Assembly: GCA_046350135.1 (NCBI GenBank)
Contig: JAXMBB010000004.1
Location: 91,756-155,755, forward strand
Length of the DNA: 64,000 nt
From: Gemmataceae bacterium
GTDB lineage: Bacteria; Planctomycetota; Planctomycetia; Gemmatales; Gemmataceae
Direction: 5' to 3'
Made by a program: the position numbers and the translations under genes. Below are positions 28,691 through 40,000 of the stretch, piece by piece. Each line of letters begins with the position of its first letter. Within the stretch, counting starts at the first letter, position 1. The notes under the pieces are model-generated. The model saw nothing but the letters and a program-made list of their open reading frames with translations, was not told where the DNA came from and searched no databases.

Positions 28691-30985
28691 ATGAAACTGT
28701 CAGTCACACCACTTGAAGACCGACTCACGCCCGCGAACACCACCGTGCCCGCCGGCGAATTCAACTGGATGCAGGCCACACCGACCGGGGGCATCGCTCA
28801 ACTCGTGTGGGAAGGCGAGACGCTCACCTACCGCACCCGAATCGGCACGGAGTGGTCTCCCGAGGCGATCACCACGAGCACGTGGTTCGGCTCCGAGACT
28901 TACTTCGAGCCTTATCGGATCGAAGGTGCGGTGCAATCGGCCCAACTAGCGTTCACACCGGATGGCACGCCGCATGTGTTCCTCCTGGGCCGGGACACCG
29001 TGAACGTGGTGTACCACTACCAGCGGTCGTCCGCGGGTTGGGCATTGCGGGACACGATCGCACTGGGGCCGGGATCGTTCTTCGGGCTGGACAATCTCAC
29101 GTCCGCGGTCGGGCCCAACGGGGTGATCCACCTCTTGATCCACGTCGGCGGGCGCGGGCGGGACGACGGCGACATCGGCGAAGGCACGCTTTATTACGCC
29201 ACGAACAAGAGCGGTTCGTGGGTCGCGGCGCCGGCCATCACCACCGGCAACCTCTCGAACGATCTGCTCTTCGGCGGGCAGCGGTATGTGCCGCGGTTCC
29301 TCTCGATCGCAGCCGATTCGCAGAACTTCGCTCACATCACCTACAGCACCGGCTTCCTGTCCGGCGGTTCGTTCTCGACCGTGGCCAGCGGGCTCGGCTA
29401 CGCCACGAACAAGAGCGGGACGTGGGTGGCCGAGACGGTGTACTACCCGCCGGACGGCACGGGCGACGCCGGCACCGGTGCGAGCATCGCGATCGCACCC
29501 GGCGATGTGCCCTCGATCGCCAGTTACTTCGTGGACCGCGTCGCGACCGGTTCGCCGGCTTCCTCGCAACTGCTGTATCACCAGCGCACGCCCAGCGGTT
29601 GGGCCTCGACCGTGGCCGTGGCCCAGTCGGACGGTTACGTCGCCGGGGACGGCCCGCAGTTCACCGGGTTCGCGCCCCAGTTGCGGTTCGAAGGCGGCAC
29701 GCCGGTCATCATCTTCTCGGACGAAGGCGCACAGCACCTGCCGCTGTCGTTTGCGAACGAAATGGCGGGACAGATCCGTGAGACGCGTTTCACGGGCGGC
29801 GGTTGGGCCACTCACACCGTGTTCCGCCAGACGAACCCGCTGGTGAACGAGGTGTACTTCCCCGTCACGGCTGTGTTCAACGGTCAGCCGATCTACGCCG
29901 CGCTGCAGGCGGTGAACGTGCTTGACGGGAACTTGGAAATCCTCTCGACCACCTACACGATGATCGAGGTGAACGTGCCCTCGCTGGAAGGGCCGGAGCC
30001 GGGAATCGGCGGCGGGCCGCCGGGTGCGGGTGTGGTGGGGGCCGACGCAGGCGGCGGGCCGGTGGTCAAGGTGTTCGATCGCGCGGGGAACCGCACCGCC
30101 ACGTTCTTCGCGTTCGATCCGTCCTTCACCGGCGGCGTGCGTGTGGCCTCCGGTGACGTGACGGGCGACGGCATCGACGACATCGTCGCGGCGACCGGCC
30201 CCGGCACGGCGGCCCGCGTCCGCGTCTTCCAAGGGCCGAACTACACCCTCGTCCTGGATCGCCCCGTATTGGAGGGATTCTCCGGCGGGCTCTTCGTCGC
30301 CGTCGGCGACATCACCGGCGACACGATCGACGACATCGTGATCACGCCGGATCAAGGCGGCGGGCCACGCGTGCTCCTGCTCCGCGGGGGAACGTACGAC
30401 GAAGCCGCCAGCTTCTTCGGCATCACGGACGACGCGTTCCGCGGCGGCGCCCGCGCGGCCATCGGGGACTTGAATCATGACGGCCGAGCCGACCTCATCG
30501 TGTCGGCGGGTTTCGGCGGCGGCCCCCGCGTCGCGTTCTGGGACGGCAAGTCGATCACGACCGCGCCCACGAAGATGCTTAACGACTTCTTCGTGTTCGA
30601 AGAAGGGCTTCGCAACGGGCTCTACCCCGCGATCGGCGACATCGACAACGACGGTTACGCGGAGTTCTTCGCGGGCGCCGGTCCCGGCGGCGGCCCGCGC
30701 GTGCTTGTGCTGTCCGGACGAACCTTGATCGACAGCGGGTCTGCGGCGGCGATGTCGGCCCCGAAGGCCAACTTCTTCGCGGGCAACAGCGCCGCCCGCG
30801 GCGGCGTCCGCGTCGCAACCGTGGACCTGGACGGCGACACCCGCGCGGATTTGCTCACCGGTTCCGGCGGCGGAAACACCCGCACCCTGGCTTACACGGG
30901 CACCGGTCTCGCCGCCGGATCATCGGTCGCGGATCGCGACTTCTTTGCCTTCCCCGGCTTGGCCTCCGGCGTCTTCGTGGGATGA
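28691..30985 (+). CDS. Planctomycete extracellular protein with LEDRLTPA N-terminal motif, propeller-like domain and FG-GAP repeats
   Basis: MKLSVTPLEDRLTPA; repeated GDxxGDGxxD / GGGPRV units; ends SGVFVG. Confidence 0.85.
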   Translation: MKLSVTPLEDRLTPANTTVPAGEFNWMQATPTGGIAQLVWEGETLTYRTRIGTEWSPEAITTSTWFGSETYFEPYRIEGAVQSAQLAFTPDGTPHVFLLGRDTVNVVYHYQRSSAGWALRDTIALGPGSFFGLDNLTSAVGPNGVIHLLIHVGGRGRDDGDIGEGTLYYATNKSGSWVAAPAITTGNLSNDLLFGGQRYVPRFLSIAADSQNFAHITYSTGFLSGGSFSTVASGLGYATNKSGTWVAETVYYPPDGTGDAGTGASIAIAPGDVPSIASYFVDRVATGSPASSQLLYHQRTPSGWASTVAVAQSDGYVAGDGPQFTGFAPQLRFEGGTPVIIFSDEGAQHLPLSFANEMAGQIRETRFTGGGWATHTVFRQTNPLVNEVYFPVTAVFNGQPIYAALQAVNVLDGNLEILSTTYTMIEVNVPSLEGPEPGIGGGPPGAGVVGADAGGGPVVKVFDRAGNRTATFFAFDPSFTGGVRVASGDVTGDGIDDIVAATGPGTAARVRVFQGPNYTLVLDRPVLEGFSGGLFVAVGDITGDTIDDIVITPDQGGGPRVLLLRGGTYDEAASFFGITDDAFRGGARAAIGDLNHDGRADLIVSAGFGGGPRVAFWDGKSITTAPTKMLNDFFVFEEGLRNGLYPAIGDIDNDGYAEFFAGAGPGGGPRVLVLSGRTLIDSGSAAAMSAPKANFFAGNSAARGGVRVATVDLDGDTRADLLTGSGGGNTRTLAYTGTGLAAGSSVADRDFFAFPGLASGVFVG

Positions 30986-30998
30986 TTTTTGCGGGTTC

Positions 30999-31027
30999 TT
31001 GCAGTTCGCCCCGCACATTGGCATAAT
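30999..31027 (+). promoter_or_regulatory. Sigma70-type promoter
   Basis: TTGCAG - 17 bp - CATAAT with TG extended -10; predicted start about 31034. Confidence 0.7.
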
Positions 31028-31034
31028 TCCAACA

Positions 31035-31191
31035 CCCGGTTCCACTCAGGATGGAAGAGCCGGATTCACCGGAGCCGACGGCTCCGGCCGCCACGAGGGC
31101 GGATCGATACCGTTGCCCGTCGCACACTCGGACTCGCGCCGCGTTCGCCGCGCGAGGGACATTGTCGATCATGGTTGAATGGGAGACCGGG
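31035..31191 (+). ncRNA. Structured non-coding RNA, 6S RNA candidate
   Basis: 5' CCCGGTTCCACTCAGGATG pairs with 3' CATGGTTGAATGGGAGACCGGG; internal hairpins; begins at the predicted transcription start; upstream of rny. Confidence 0.55.
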
Positions 31192-31420
31192 CTGTTCTGG
31201 CTCGTCGCGGCGATTTTCGTCGCGTTTGCCGGCCCGCCCGCCGACACACAGCACGCCCGGTTCGCGCCTCCGGCGGACCGGCTCACGGAAGCCGCAACTC
31301 CCGCCGCCCCGGCGCGGCGGGCCGCGCTCGATTATTGGATCACGGGACCACCCGCTGCGCTGTCTTGCCTCTCCGCCTGACCGCCGAGCCGACGGGCGCT
31401 CCGACCGGGAGTGCCCACCC

Positions 31421-33022
<1,602 letters not shown>

Positions 33023-33038
33023 TCGCTGCTCCGGCGGC

Positions 33039-35243
33039 TCACGCCACGACCATGACCACCCGGAATCCGATCAAATCGGAGTGCGTGTCCGGCGGGTAGG
33101 GCTTGCGGGCCGCGCTGCGGCAGTCGGACGGCAGCATGCTCCAGCAACCGCCGCGGGCCACTTTCAGCACGCCGCGGCCCGGGCCGTTCGGATCCGTGCC
33201 GGGGCTCTCGAAGTAGTAGTATTCGTCGTACCAGTCGTGGACCCATTCCTGCACGTTGCCGTGCATGTCCGTGAGTCCGAAGGCATTGGGCGGGGTGCTT
33301 CCCGCGGGCGCGGTGCTCTTGCCGCCGTACTTTCCGCAGGACGCCGCGAACACCGCGTCGTTCGAACTCAGTTTCTCGCCACTGAAAAACGGCGTCTTCG
33401 TTCCCGCCCGGCACGCGTACTCCCATTCCGCTTCGCTCGGCAGCCGGTAGGTGCGGTTGTGTATCTGCTCGTCCGGCAGCTGCGCGAGCCGGATGCAGAA
33501 CGACTCCGCTTCCTTCCAGGTCACGCCCTCCACGGGGTGCTCCGGGCCGCCGCCTTTCCCCTTCACGAACTTCGACGGGTTCTTTCCCATCACATGCAGG
33601 TATTGGGCTTGGGTGACGGGGGTGACGGACATGTAGAACGGGCGGGAGATCCTCACTTCGTGCGGAGGGCCCTCGTGTTCGCGACGGCCCGCTTCGCGAT
33701 CCGTGGAACCCATGATGAAGCTGCCGGCAGGCACGCGGGCGAACGTCATACCGACGGTATTCTTGAGCAACCGGAAGCCGGAGGTGGAGAGCGGCCCGCC
33801 GGAGGTGAGCGGTCCGCCGCCCACCGCGGCGAGCATGGCCGCGGCTTGGTTCGACGCCGCGTCCGCCTCGATCAACTTCCCGCGCGACGTGGCGACCGGC
33901 GTGTGGCTGCTGGAACTCGGACTCTTCAGCGAGATCAGCTTCGAGCCGTCCGGGCCGTCCTTCACCGGCGTGCCGATCGTGACTTGGCCGAGTTGCTCGA
34001 CGAGGTGCGACGCGGTGCGGGGTCGCTTGTCGGGCCGCGTCGCGAGGCACGATTGGAGCAGCTTCGCCTGCGAATCGGTGAAACCGTGCGGCCGGAATTC
34101 TTCGATCCACTCGTTGCCCACGGGCGGGGCGGCGGTCGGGTCTCGCTTCAGCAGTTGGAACCAGATCACGCCGAGGGCGTGAACGTCGTCCGCGGGCACG
34201 GGCGGATCCTTCTTGCTCTGTTGGGGGGAAGCGTAGAGCGAAGTGGCGGCTCCCCGGCAGGCGAGCCGCTGAAGTTCGCCGCGGGCGCCGAGCTTGGCCA
34301 GTTCCAAGCTGCGCGGCGCGACCATCTGCCCCCAGCCGAAGTCCGTCACCCACATGGTGAACTTGCCGCCGTCGGTCGGGTGCAGGATCACGTTCGAGGG
34401 CTTGAGATCGCGATGAACGACGTTCTTCTTGTGCGCCTCGGCCACGATCCCGGCCAAGCGCCGGACCAGCTTCAACGACGCCTCCGGCTTCGCGTGGTCG
34501 TACCGCCACTTCCAATCGAACATGAGCCCGGCGAGGTCGTAGCCGTACACGAACGGCGATTCGAGGCACGGCGGATCGGATTCGAGATACACGGAGCGCA
34601 GCGGCAGCACTCCCGCCACGTCGTTCAGCGAGAACGCTTTCTGGAACAGTTCGGAGCCCTCGAGCACGAGTTCACGCGTCTCGGGATCGATGGCGAACTT
34701 GAGGCTGGCGGGGGATTCGTCCGGCCGGTTCGGGTCTTCGCCACGCCAAACTTCGGAGCACTCGCCGAGCCCGCGGAGTTCAGTGAGCGTCCAGCCGTCC
34801 AAGCCTGGCGGTTGGTCGCCGGGTTTGAAGCGCGGCGCTCGAGGAGGGAGGTAGCCGAGAAACTCCTCCGCCTTGTAGAAGGTGAGACCCTCGGGCGCGG
34901 TGTGGCCCTCGGGATCGGACGGGCGGCGGAACGCGAGCCGCACCGTGGGCGGGAATGCGGCGAGGTACTCCGCCAGCGCTTCCTTCGGCACCGAGTGCGT
35001 CTGGCTGAGATCGAGGATGAGTTCGCCGACGCGTCGGTCGTATTCGTGCCCCGGGCACGCGGCGAGGTCCGCGAGTGCGGCGCGGAGATCGGGGCCCGGC
35101 AGCCGGCGGTGGGCGTTGTCGTACGCGGCCTTGGCGATGTCGAGCAGCAGATCCGCGTAGGGCCACTGGCGGCGCAACGCCTTGTGTCCCTTTTCACAGA
35201 GGGCTTGGCCGACGCATTCGAGCAATGCCTGCAAACGGGGCAT
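33039..35243 (-). CDS. Ser/Thr kinase fused to a formylglycine-generating-enzyme (FGE/SUMF1)-like domain
   Basis: GLGECSEVW, HRDLKPSN, DFG, LYASPQQ; C-terminal PAGSFIMGS, PVTQAQY, YRLPSEAEWEYACRAG, DMHGNVQEW, IGFRVV. Confidence 0.9.
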   Translation of the reverse strand: MPRLQALLECVGQALCEKGHKALRRQWPYADLLLDIAKAAYDNAHRRLPGPDLRAALADLAACPGHEYDRRVGELILDLSQTHSVPKEALAEYLAAFPPTVRLAFRRPSDPEGHTAPEGLTFYKAEEFLGYLPPRAPRFKPGDQPPGLDGWTLTELRGLGECSEVWRGEDPNRPDESPASLKFAIDPETRELVLEGSELFQKAFSLNDVAGVLPLRSVYLESDPPCLESPFVYGYDLAGLMFDWKWRYDHAKPEASLKLVRRLAGIVAEAHKKNVVHRDLKPSNVILHPTDGGKFTMWVTDFGWGQMVAPRSLELAKLGARGELQRLACRGAATSLYASPQQSKKDPPVPADDVHALGVIWFQLLKRDPTAAPPVGNEWIEEFRPHGFTDSQAKLLQSCLATRPDKRPRTASHLVEQLGQVTIGTPVKDGPDGSKLISLKSPSSSSHTPVATSRGKLIEADAASNQAAAMLAAVGGGPLTSGGPLSTSGFRLLKNTVGMTFARVPAGSFIMGSTDREAGRREHEGPPHEVRISRPFYMSVTPVTQAQYLHVMGKNPSKFVKGKGGGPEHPVEGVTWKEAESFCIRLAQLPDEQIHNRTYRLPSEAEWEYACRAGTKTPFFSGEKLSSNDAVFAASCGKYGGKSTAPAGSTPPNAFGLTDMHGNVQEWVHDWYDEYYYFESPGTDPNGPGRGVLKVARGGCWSMLPSDCRSAARKPYPPDTHSDLIGFRVVMVVA

Positions 35244-35433
35244 GGGCCTGCCTCCGTGCACGAGGAAGAGGGAGAGTGCGAGAAATCGTCCGACACGAGG
35301 CTTGCGAGTGAATTCGAGCGTACGCGAAATCCCCGGGACACTCAAGTGCGAACGATCGCGACTCGCACGCACAAGCGTTCAGGCATTCATTCGACACTGG
35401 CATGCGGCCGCCCGGTGCGGTATCACTGTGGGT

Positions 35434-36276
35434 ATGCCGTACTCCGCACAAATCAGCCGCACCAACCCCGCGTGCATCCTGCTGCTCATCGACCAATCCA
35501 AGTCGATGGAGGAGCCGTTCACGGGCACGGATCAAGCCAAGTCCGTGGTCGTGGCGGATGCGGTGAACCGACTGCTTCAGAACATCGTGCTGCGCTCCGC
35601 GAAGGCGGACGGCGTCCGCGATTACTTCCACGTCGGCGTCATCGGCTACGGAAAAAAGCTCCAAGCCGGCCTCGGCGGTTCGCTCCCGCACGACGTCCTC
35701 GTTCCGATCAGCAGGCTGGGCGACAAGCCGCTCCGCATCGAGAACCGCACCAAGACCGTGACCGCGCCCAACGGCAACCGCGTGGAACAGACGGTGAAGT
35801 TCCCCGTGTGGTTCGATGCCGAGGCGAGCGGCACCACGCCCATGGTGGAAGCGTTCGCCGCGGCCGGACTCGCTGTCAGCGGATTCATCAACAAGTACCC
35901 GCACGCCTATCCACCGATCGTGCTGAACCTAACGGACGGCAAACCGAGCGACGGCAACCCGCAGGCCAACGCCCGCGCCATCCGCAATCTCGCCACATCG
36001 GACGGCAACGCACTCGTCTTCAACCTGCTCCTCTCCACCAAGCCCGGCCTCTCGGTGTACTTCCTCGACACCGAGGACGCGCTGGTCGACGATTACTCGA
36101 AGTTGCTCTTCCGCATGTCCAGCGAGTTGCCGCCGCGGATGCGGGAGGCGGCGAAGGCGGAAGGCTTCGCGGTGTTTCAAAAGGCCCGCGGCGTGGTCTA
36201 CAACGCGGATCCGACCGCCGTCGTGCGCTTCCTGGACATCGGCACCCGCATCGCTCCGGCCCCGAACGCGAAGTAA
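35434..36276 (+). CDS. von Willebrand factor A (TerY-like) domain protein
   Basis: MIDAS DQSKSM, GTTPM, NLTDG; first gene of a vWA-PP2C-kinase triad. Confidence 0.88.
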   Translation: MPYSAQISRTNPACILLLIDQSKSMEEPFTGTDQAKSVVVADAVNRLLQNIVLRSAKADGVRDYFHVGVIGYGKKLQAGLGGSLPHDVLVPISRLGDKPLRIENRTKTVTAPNGNRVEQTVKFPVWFDAEASGTTPMVEAFAAAGLAVSGFINKYPHAYPPIVLNLTDGKPSDGNPQANARAIRNLATSDGNALVFNLLLSTKPGLSVYFLDTEDALVDDYSKLLFRMSSELPPRMREAAKAEGFAVFQKARGVVYNADPTAVVRFLDIGTRIAPAPNAK

Positions 36277-36279
36277 GCG

Positions 36280-37044
36280 ATGTCATCACCCCACCTTCAA
36301 GGTTGGATCGCCGCATCGGTGCCGAAGGCGGGCAGCCGGGCCGAGGAGAATGAAGACGCCTCCGCCGGCCACGGCGACCGCATGCGCTTCGCCATCGCCG
36401 ACGGCGCTTCCGAAAGCTGGCAGTCCGGCGGATGGGCGAAACACTTGGCCCAAGCGTATCTCGCGCGGCCGCCCGGCCCCGCGGACTTCGACGGCTGGCT
36501 CAAAGTCGTGCGAGAGAAGTGGGCGCCGCCTCAGGCCGAGTCGCAGTCGTGGTATGCCGAGGTGAAATCGGAACAGGGTTCGTTCGCCACGATTTTGGGG
36601 CTGGAGTTCCGCGTCGCCACCGATCCGCCGGGGCTTGTGTGGAAGTCCATGGCCGTGGGCGATTCCTGCTTGTTTCTCTTTCGCGGGGGCAAGTTGGACC
36701 TGTCGTTTCCGATGACCTCCGAAGACGGGTTTGGAAACCGGCCGCCGCTCGTCCCCAGTTCGGGCGAGCAGGAGTGCCCCGAGCCGGAATGGCTCGCGGG
36801 CTGGGCCGAATCGGGCGACCTGCTCCTGCTCGCGACCGACGCCGTGTCGCGCCTGCTGCTCAAGGCCGGGTCGTCCGTCGGGACGCATCCGTTGGTGAAA
36901 GCCGCCGAGCGGGCCGTTACAGAAGCGACACCCGGCCCGCTTCTAGAATTGCTGAACACCCTCCGCCCCCGCCTCCGCGACGACGCCACCGTGCTCGCGG
37001 TGAAGATCGCCGAGACAAAAGCCCGCAGCGCAAACAAGGACTGA
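36280..37044 (+). CDS. PP2C-like protein phosphatase
   Basis: ENED, IADGASES, VGDSC, LATDA, DDAT; 3 bp after the vWA stop. Confidence 0.88.
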   Translation: MSSPHLQGWIAASVPKAGSRAEENEDASAGHGDRMRFAIADGASESWQSGGWAKHLAQAYLARPPGPADFDGWLKVVREKWAPPQAESQSWYAEVKSEQGSFATILGLEFRVATDPPGLVWKSMAVGDSCLFLFRGGKLDLSFPMTSEDGFGNRPPLVPSSGEQECPEPEWLAGWAESGDLLLLATDAVSRLLLKAGSSVGTHPLVKAAERAVTEATPGPLLELLNTLRPRLRDDATVLAVKIAETKARSANKD

Positions 37045-37089
37045 CCTCCACCCTTGCTTGCACCGCGGGCTCGCCAGAGGAGCGCTTTC

Positions 37090-40000
37090 ATGAGTTGGCC
37101 GCTGCCGCAGGATTTCAACGAAGCGGTTCAGAACCCGGCGATCTCGTTCATGGATCTGGACCTGAACACCGCCCAGGCCGTGGTCGGGCCGTCCGGGTTG
37201 CCGCTGCCGCGCTCCGGCAACTTCGCGGACGTGTACCAGATGCGGGCCGCGAACGGTCGCGATTGGGCCGTCAAGTGCTTCACCCGCCCCGTGACCGGGC
37301 TCGAGCAACGATACCGCAAGGTGGATGAAGCGTTGAAGAAGGCCGGGCTCCCGTTCACCATCGGATTCGCGTTCCTGAATCAGGGCGTGATGGTCCACGG
37401 CACATGGCACCCCGTGGTCAAGATGGAATGGGTGGACGGGCTTCAACTGAACCAAGCCGTGCGGCTGCAGGCGGGCAACCCCAAGGTACTCGACGCGCTC
37501 GTGCAGATGTGGTCCCGTTTGTGCAAGCGGCTGCGCGACGCCGGAATCGCGCACGCGGACTTGCAGCACGGCAACGTGCTCCTCGTCGCCGGCTCGAAGC
37601 CCGGTTCGTACTCGCTGAAGTTGATCGACTACGACGGCATGTTCACGCCGTCGCTTGCGAACACGCCGTCCGGCGAGAGCGGCCACCCGAACTATCAGCA
37701 CCCGCACCGCGCCCCGAAGCAGGTGTACTCCCCGGACTTGGACCGCTTCCCGCACCTTGTGATCGCCACCGCACTGAAGGCCCTTGCAGTGTGCGGCACC
37801 AAGCTGTGGGAAAACCACGACACCGGCGACAACCTGCTCTTCACGGAAGAGGACTTCAAGGCGCCCGCGTCGTCCGTCTTGATGCGGGATTTGTGGGCGA
37901 CGAACGACCCCGGCTTGCAGTCGCTGGTCGGGCACTTGGCGATCGCGTGCGGCAAGGCGATCCCGCAGACACCGTGGCTGGATCAGATCGCGCCGGAAGG
38001 CGTGCCGGTGCCGCTGACGCCGGATCAGGCGCGAGCCGCAGCCGCGGCATTGGGCATGCCGCCACCGGCGTGGGCGAATGTCGTTCCGGTCTCGGCCGCG
38101 GAATACGGGGTGGAACTGGTCGCGCCGCCGCCCCCGCCTCCCCCCTCCAACGCCTTCACCGGCTTGGAAGACTCGGAAGAAGAGATCCCGGTGGAGCCGC
38201 GATCGCGCCGCACCCGCGACGGCGAGCCGTACGCCAAGAAGAAGTCTTCGATGGTTCCGCTTGCGATCGGCGGCGGCGTGTTGGCAGTCGTGCTGGCCGT
38301 GGTCGCCGCGGTCGCGCTGTCCGGCGGCAAGAACAACGACGAAACAGCTCAACAGAAACAAGACGATGACAAAGACAAGGAGAAGCTGAAGCCGCCGCCG
38401 AAGAAGGAAACGCCCAAGCCGCCGGATCCGACTCCGCCGGACCCGACTCCGCCGAAGAAGGAGCCGACGGTTCCGGTGAAGTCCGACGAGTTCAACTTCG
38501 ATCCGGCCGGTGTGCCCGAATTGAACAAGAAGTGGGAGGAACTCACGACAGGTGCGGCGGCGTCGAGCCGGTACACGCGCACCGGCGAATTCGTCGTCAC
38601 GCGGGAAACGAACTCGAAAACAATCTCCGTGTTCGATGCCAAGACCGGGACGAAACTCAAGTCGTTCACCGAAGGCGAGACGAACACGGCGGACTTCGTG
38701 TGCCTGCCGGAGGGCAAGGTCGCCTCGTGGCACTTGGACCAGCCGTTCGCGATCGTGTGGGACCCCGCCACCGCGAAGAAGACGGATCGCATCCCGGTGC
38801 GTGCCATCGAAGGCACCGGCCCGCGATTTTTCGACTGCTCGCCGGACGGCGTGTGTGCGGCCGTCGGCTATCCGACCATTCGCAACGAGCCGGGCAAGCT
38901 CACGCTCTACCACACGGAGTCCAACAAGGATCTCAAGAATCTCGAAGTGAAGTTCCCGAAGACGCGGTTCACGGAGACTCACTTCATCGTGGGCGAGGCG
39001 GATCGCGTCCACTTCTTCAAGCTGCCGACGGGCGAAGCAGAACGGGCGGTGCGATTGCCGTCGTCGCAGCCGGGCAGTCGTGTGTTGGCGCTCTCGGCGG
39101 ACGGAACCGTGGCCCTCTACAGCGGCCGCGGTCGCGACGTTCACTTGGCGAAGGACGACACGCTCTTGGCGACGCTGCCCGCACGGTTCGTCCCTGGCGG
39201 ACCGAACCACTACGCGATCTCGGACGATGGCCGGCTCGTCGCGGCCATCTCACCCGCAGATCGCATGAACGGCGAGCCGATGAACCACCTCGAAGTGATC
39301 GACGTGGCCGCGAAGAAACTGATCGGTCGCTACGTGCTCGGCCAAGGCGGCGTGGATGTGGGCTCGGTGGCGTTCGCGCCGGACAACTCCGCCTTGGTGA
39401 TCGCCCGGAGTGGCCGTCGCGTGCAAGCGATCGAGATGCCGCGCGGCGTGCTGGCGGTGCTGCCCAAGATGAAGGATCCGGACCCGATGCCGAAGGATCC
39501 GCCCCTGGGCGGGGGCGAAGGCTGGGTCGAGCGTTGGTCGCGACCCGTGAAGGACAAACGCGCGCGGGTATGGTTCACCTCGGACGACAAGAGCGTCGTC
39601 ATCCACGATCCGCGCTCGCCGCCGTGGCAATTGGACGTGTTCGACGCATCGAACGGCGTTGGCCGCCCGGCGCTCACTTCGGGCAAGCCGCCGGGCATCC
39701 TCATGGAGAAAGTCTCGCTCCTGGAAGACGGCCGGCTCTTCGCCATGACCGGGATCGGCGAGTTCTTCGAGTGGACCTTCAAGACCGGAGAAACGCTCGA
39801 GCCGTCGATCAAGCCGGCGTGGATTCCGAAGGAAGGCGAACGGACGCCGCCGGTCGTGGAGTACGCTCCGAACGGCCGGTACGTGTTCATCGGGAAGAAC
39901 GCGGTGCGAACGCCGCGGCCCGGCCAACCTCCGCTCGCCGAGCCCGCACCGTACCGGCTGATCGAGGTCGCCACTGGCAATACGGTTTCGTCCGGCGAGT

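Noticed and set aside
31051-31380. 109-aa ORF (or 69 aa from ATG 31171) with a short hydrophobic stretch upstream of rny
   Set aside because: No clear RBS or motif, and it overlaps the base-paired RNA candidate; not fully excluded.
30989-31420. N-terminal extension of RNase Y in the ORF track
   Set aside because: RNase Y begins with its TM helix at ATG 31421; the extension covers the promoter and RNA candidate.
33081-36353. 1090-aa plus-strand ORF (and similar long ORFs such as 38532-41936, 39250-41892, 10308-12542)
   Set aside because: Arg/Gly/Ala-rich off-frame or antisense ORFs typical of high-GC DNA, overlapping well-supported genes and lacking recognisable motifs.
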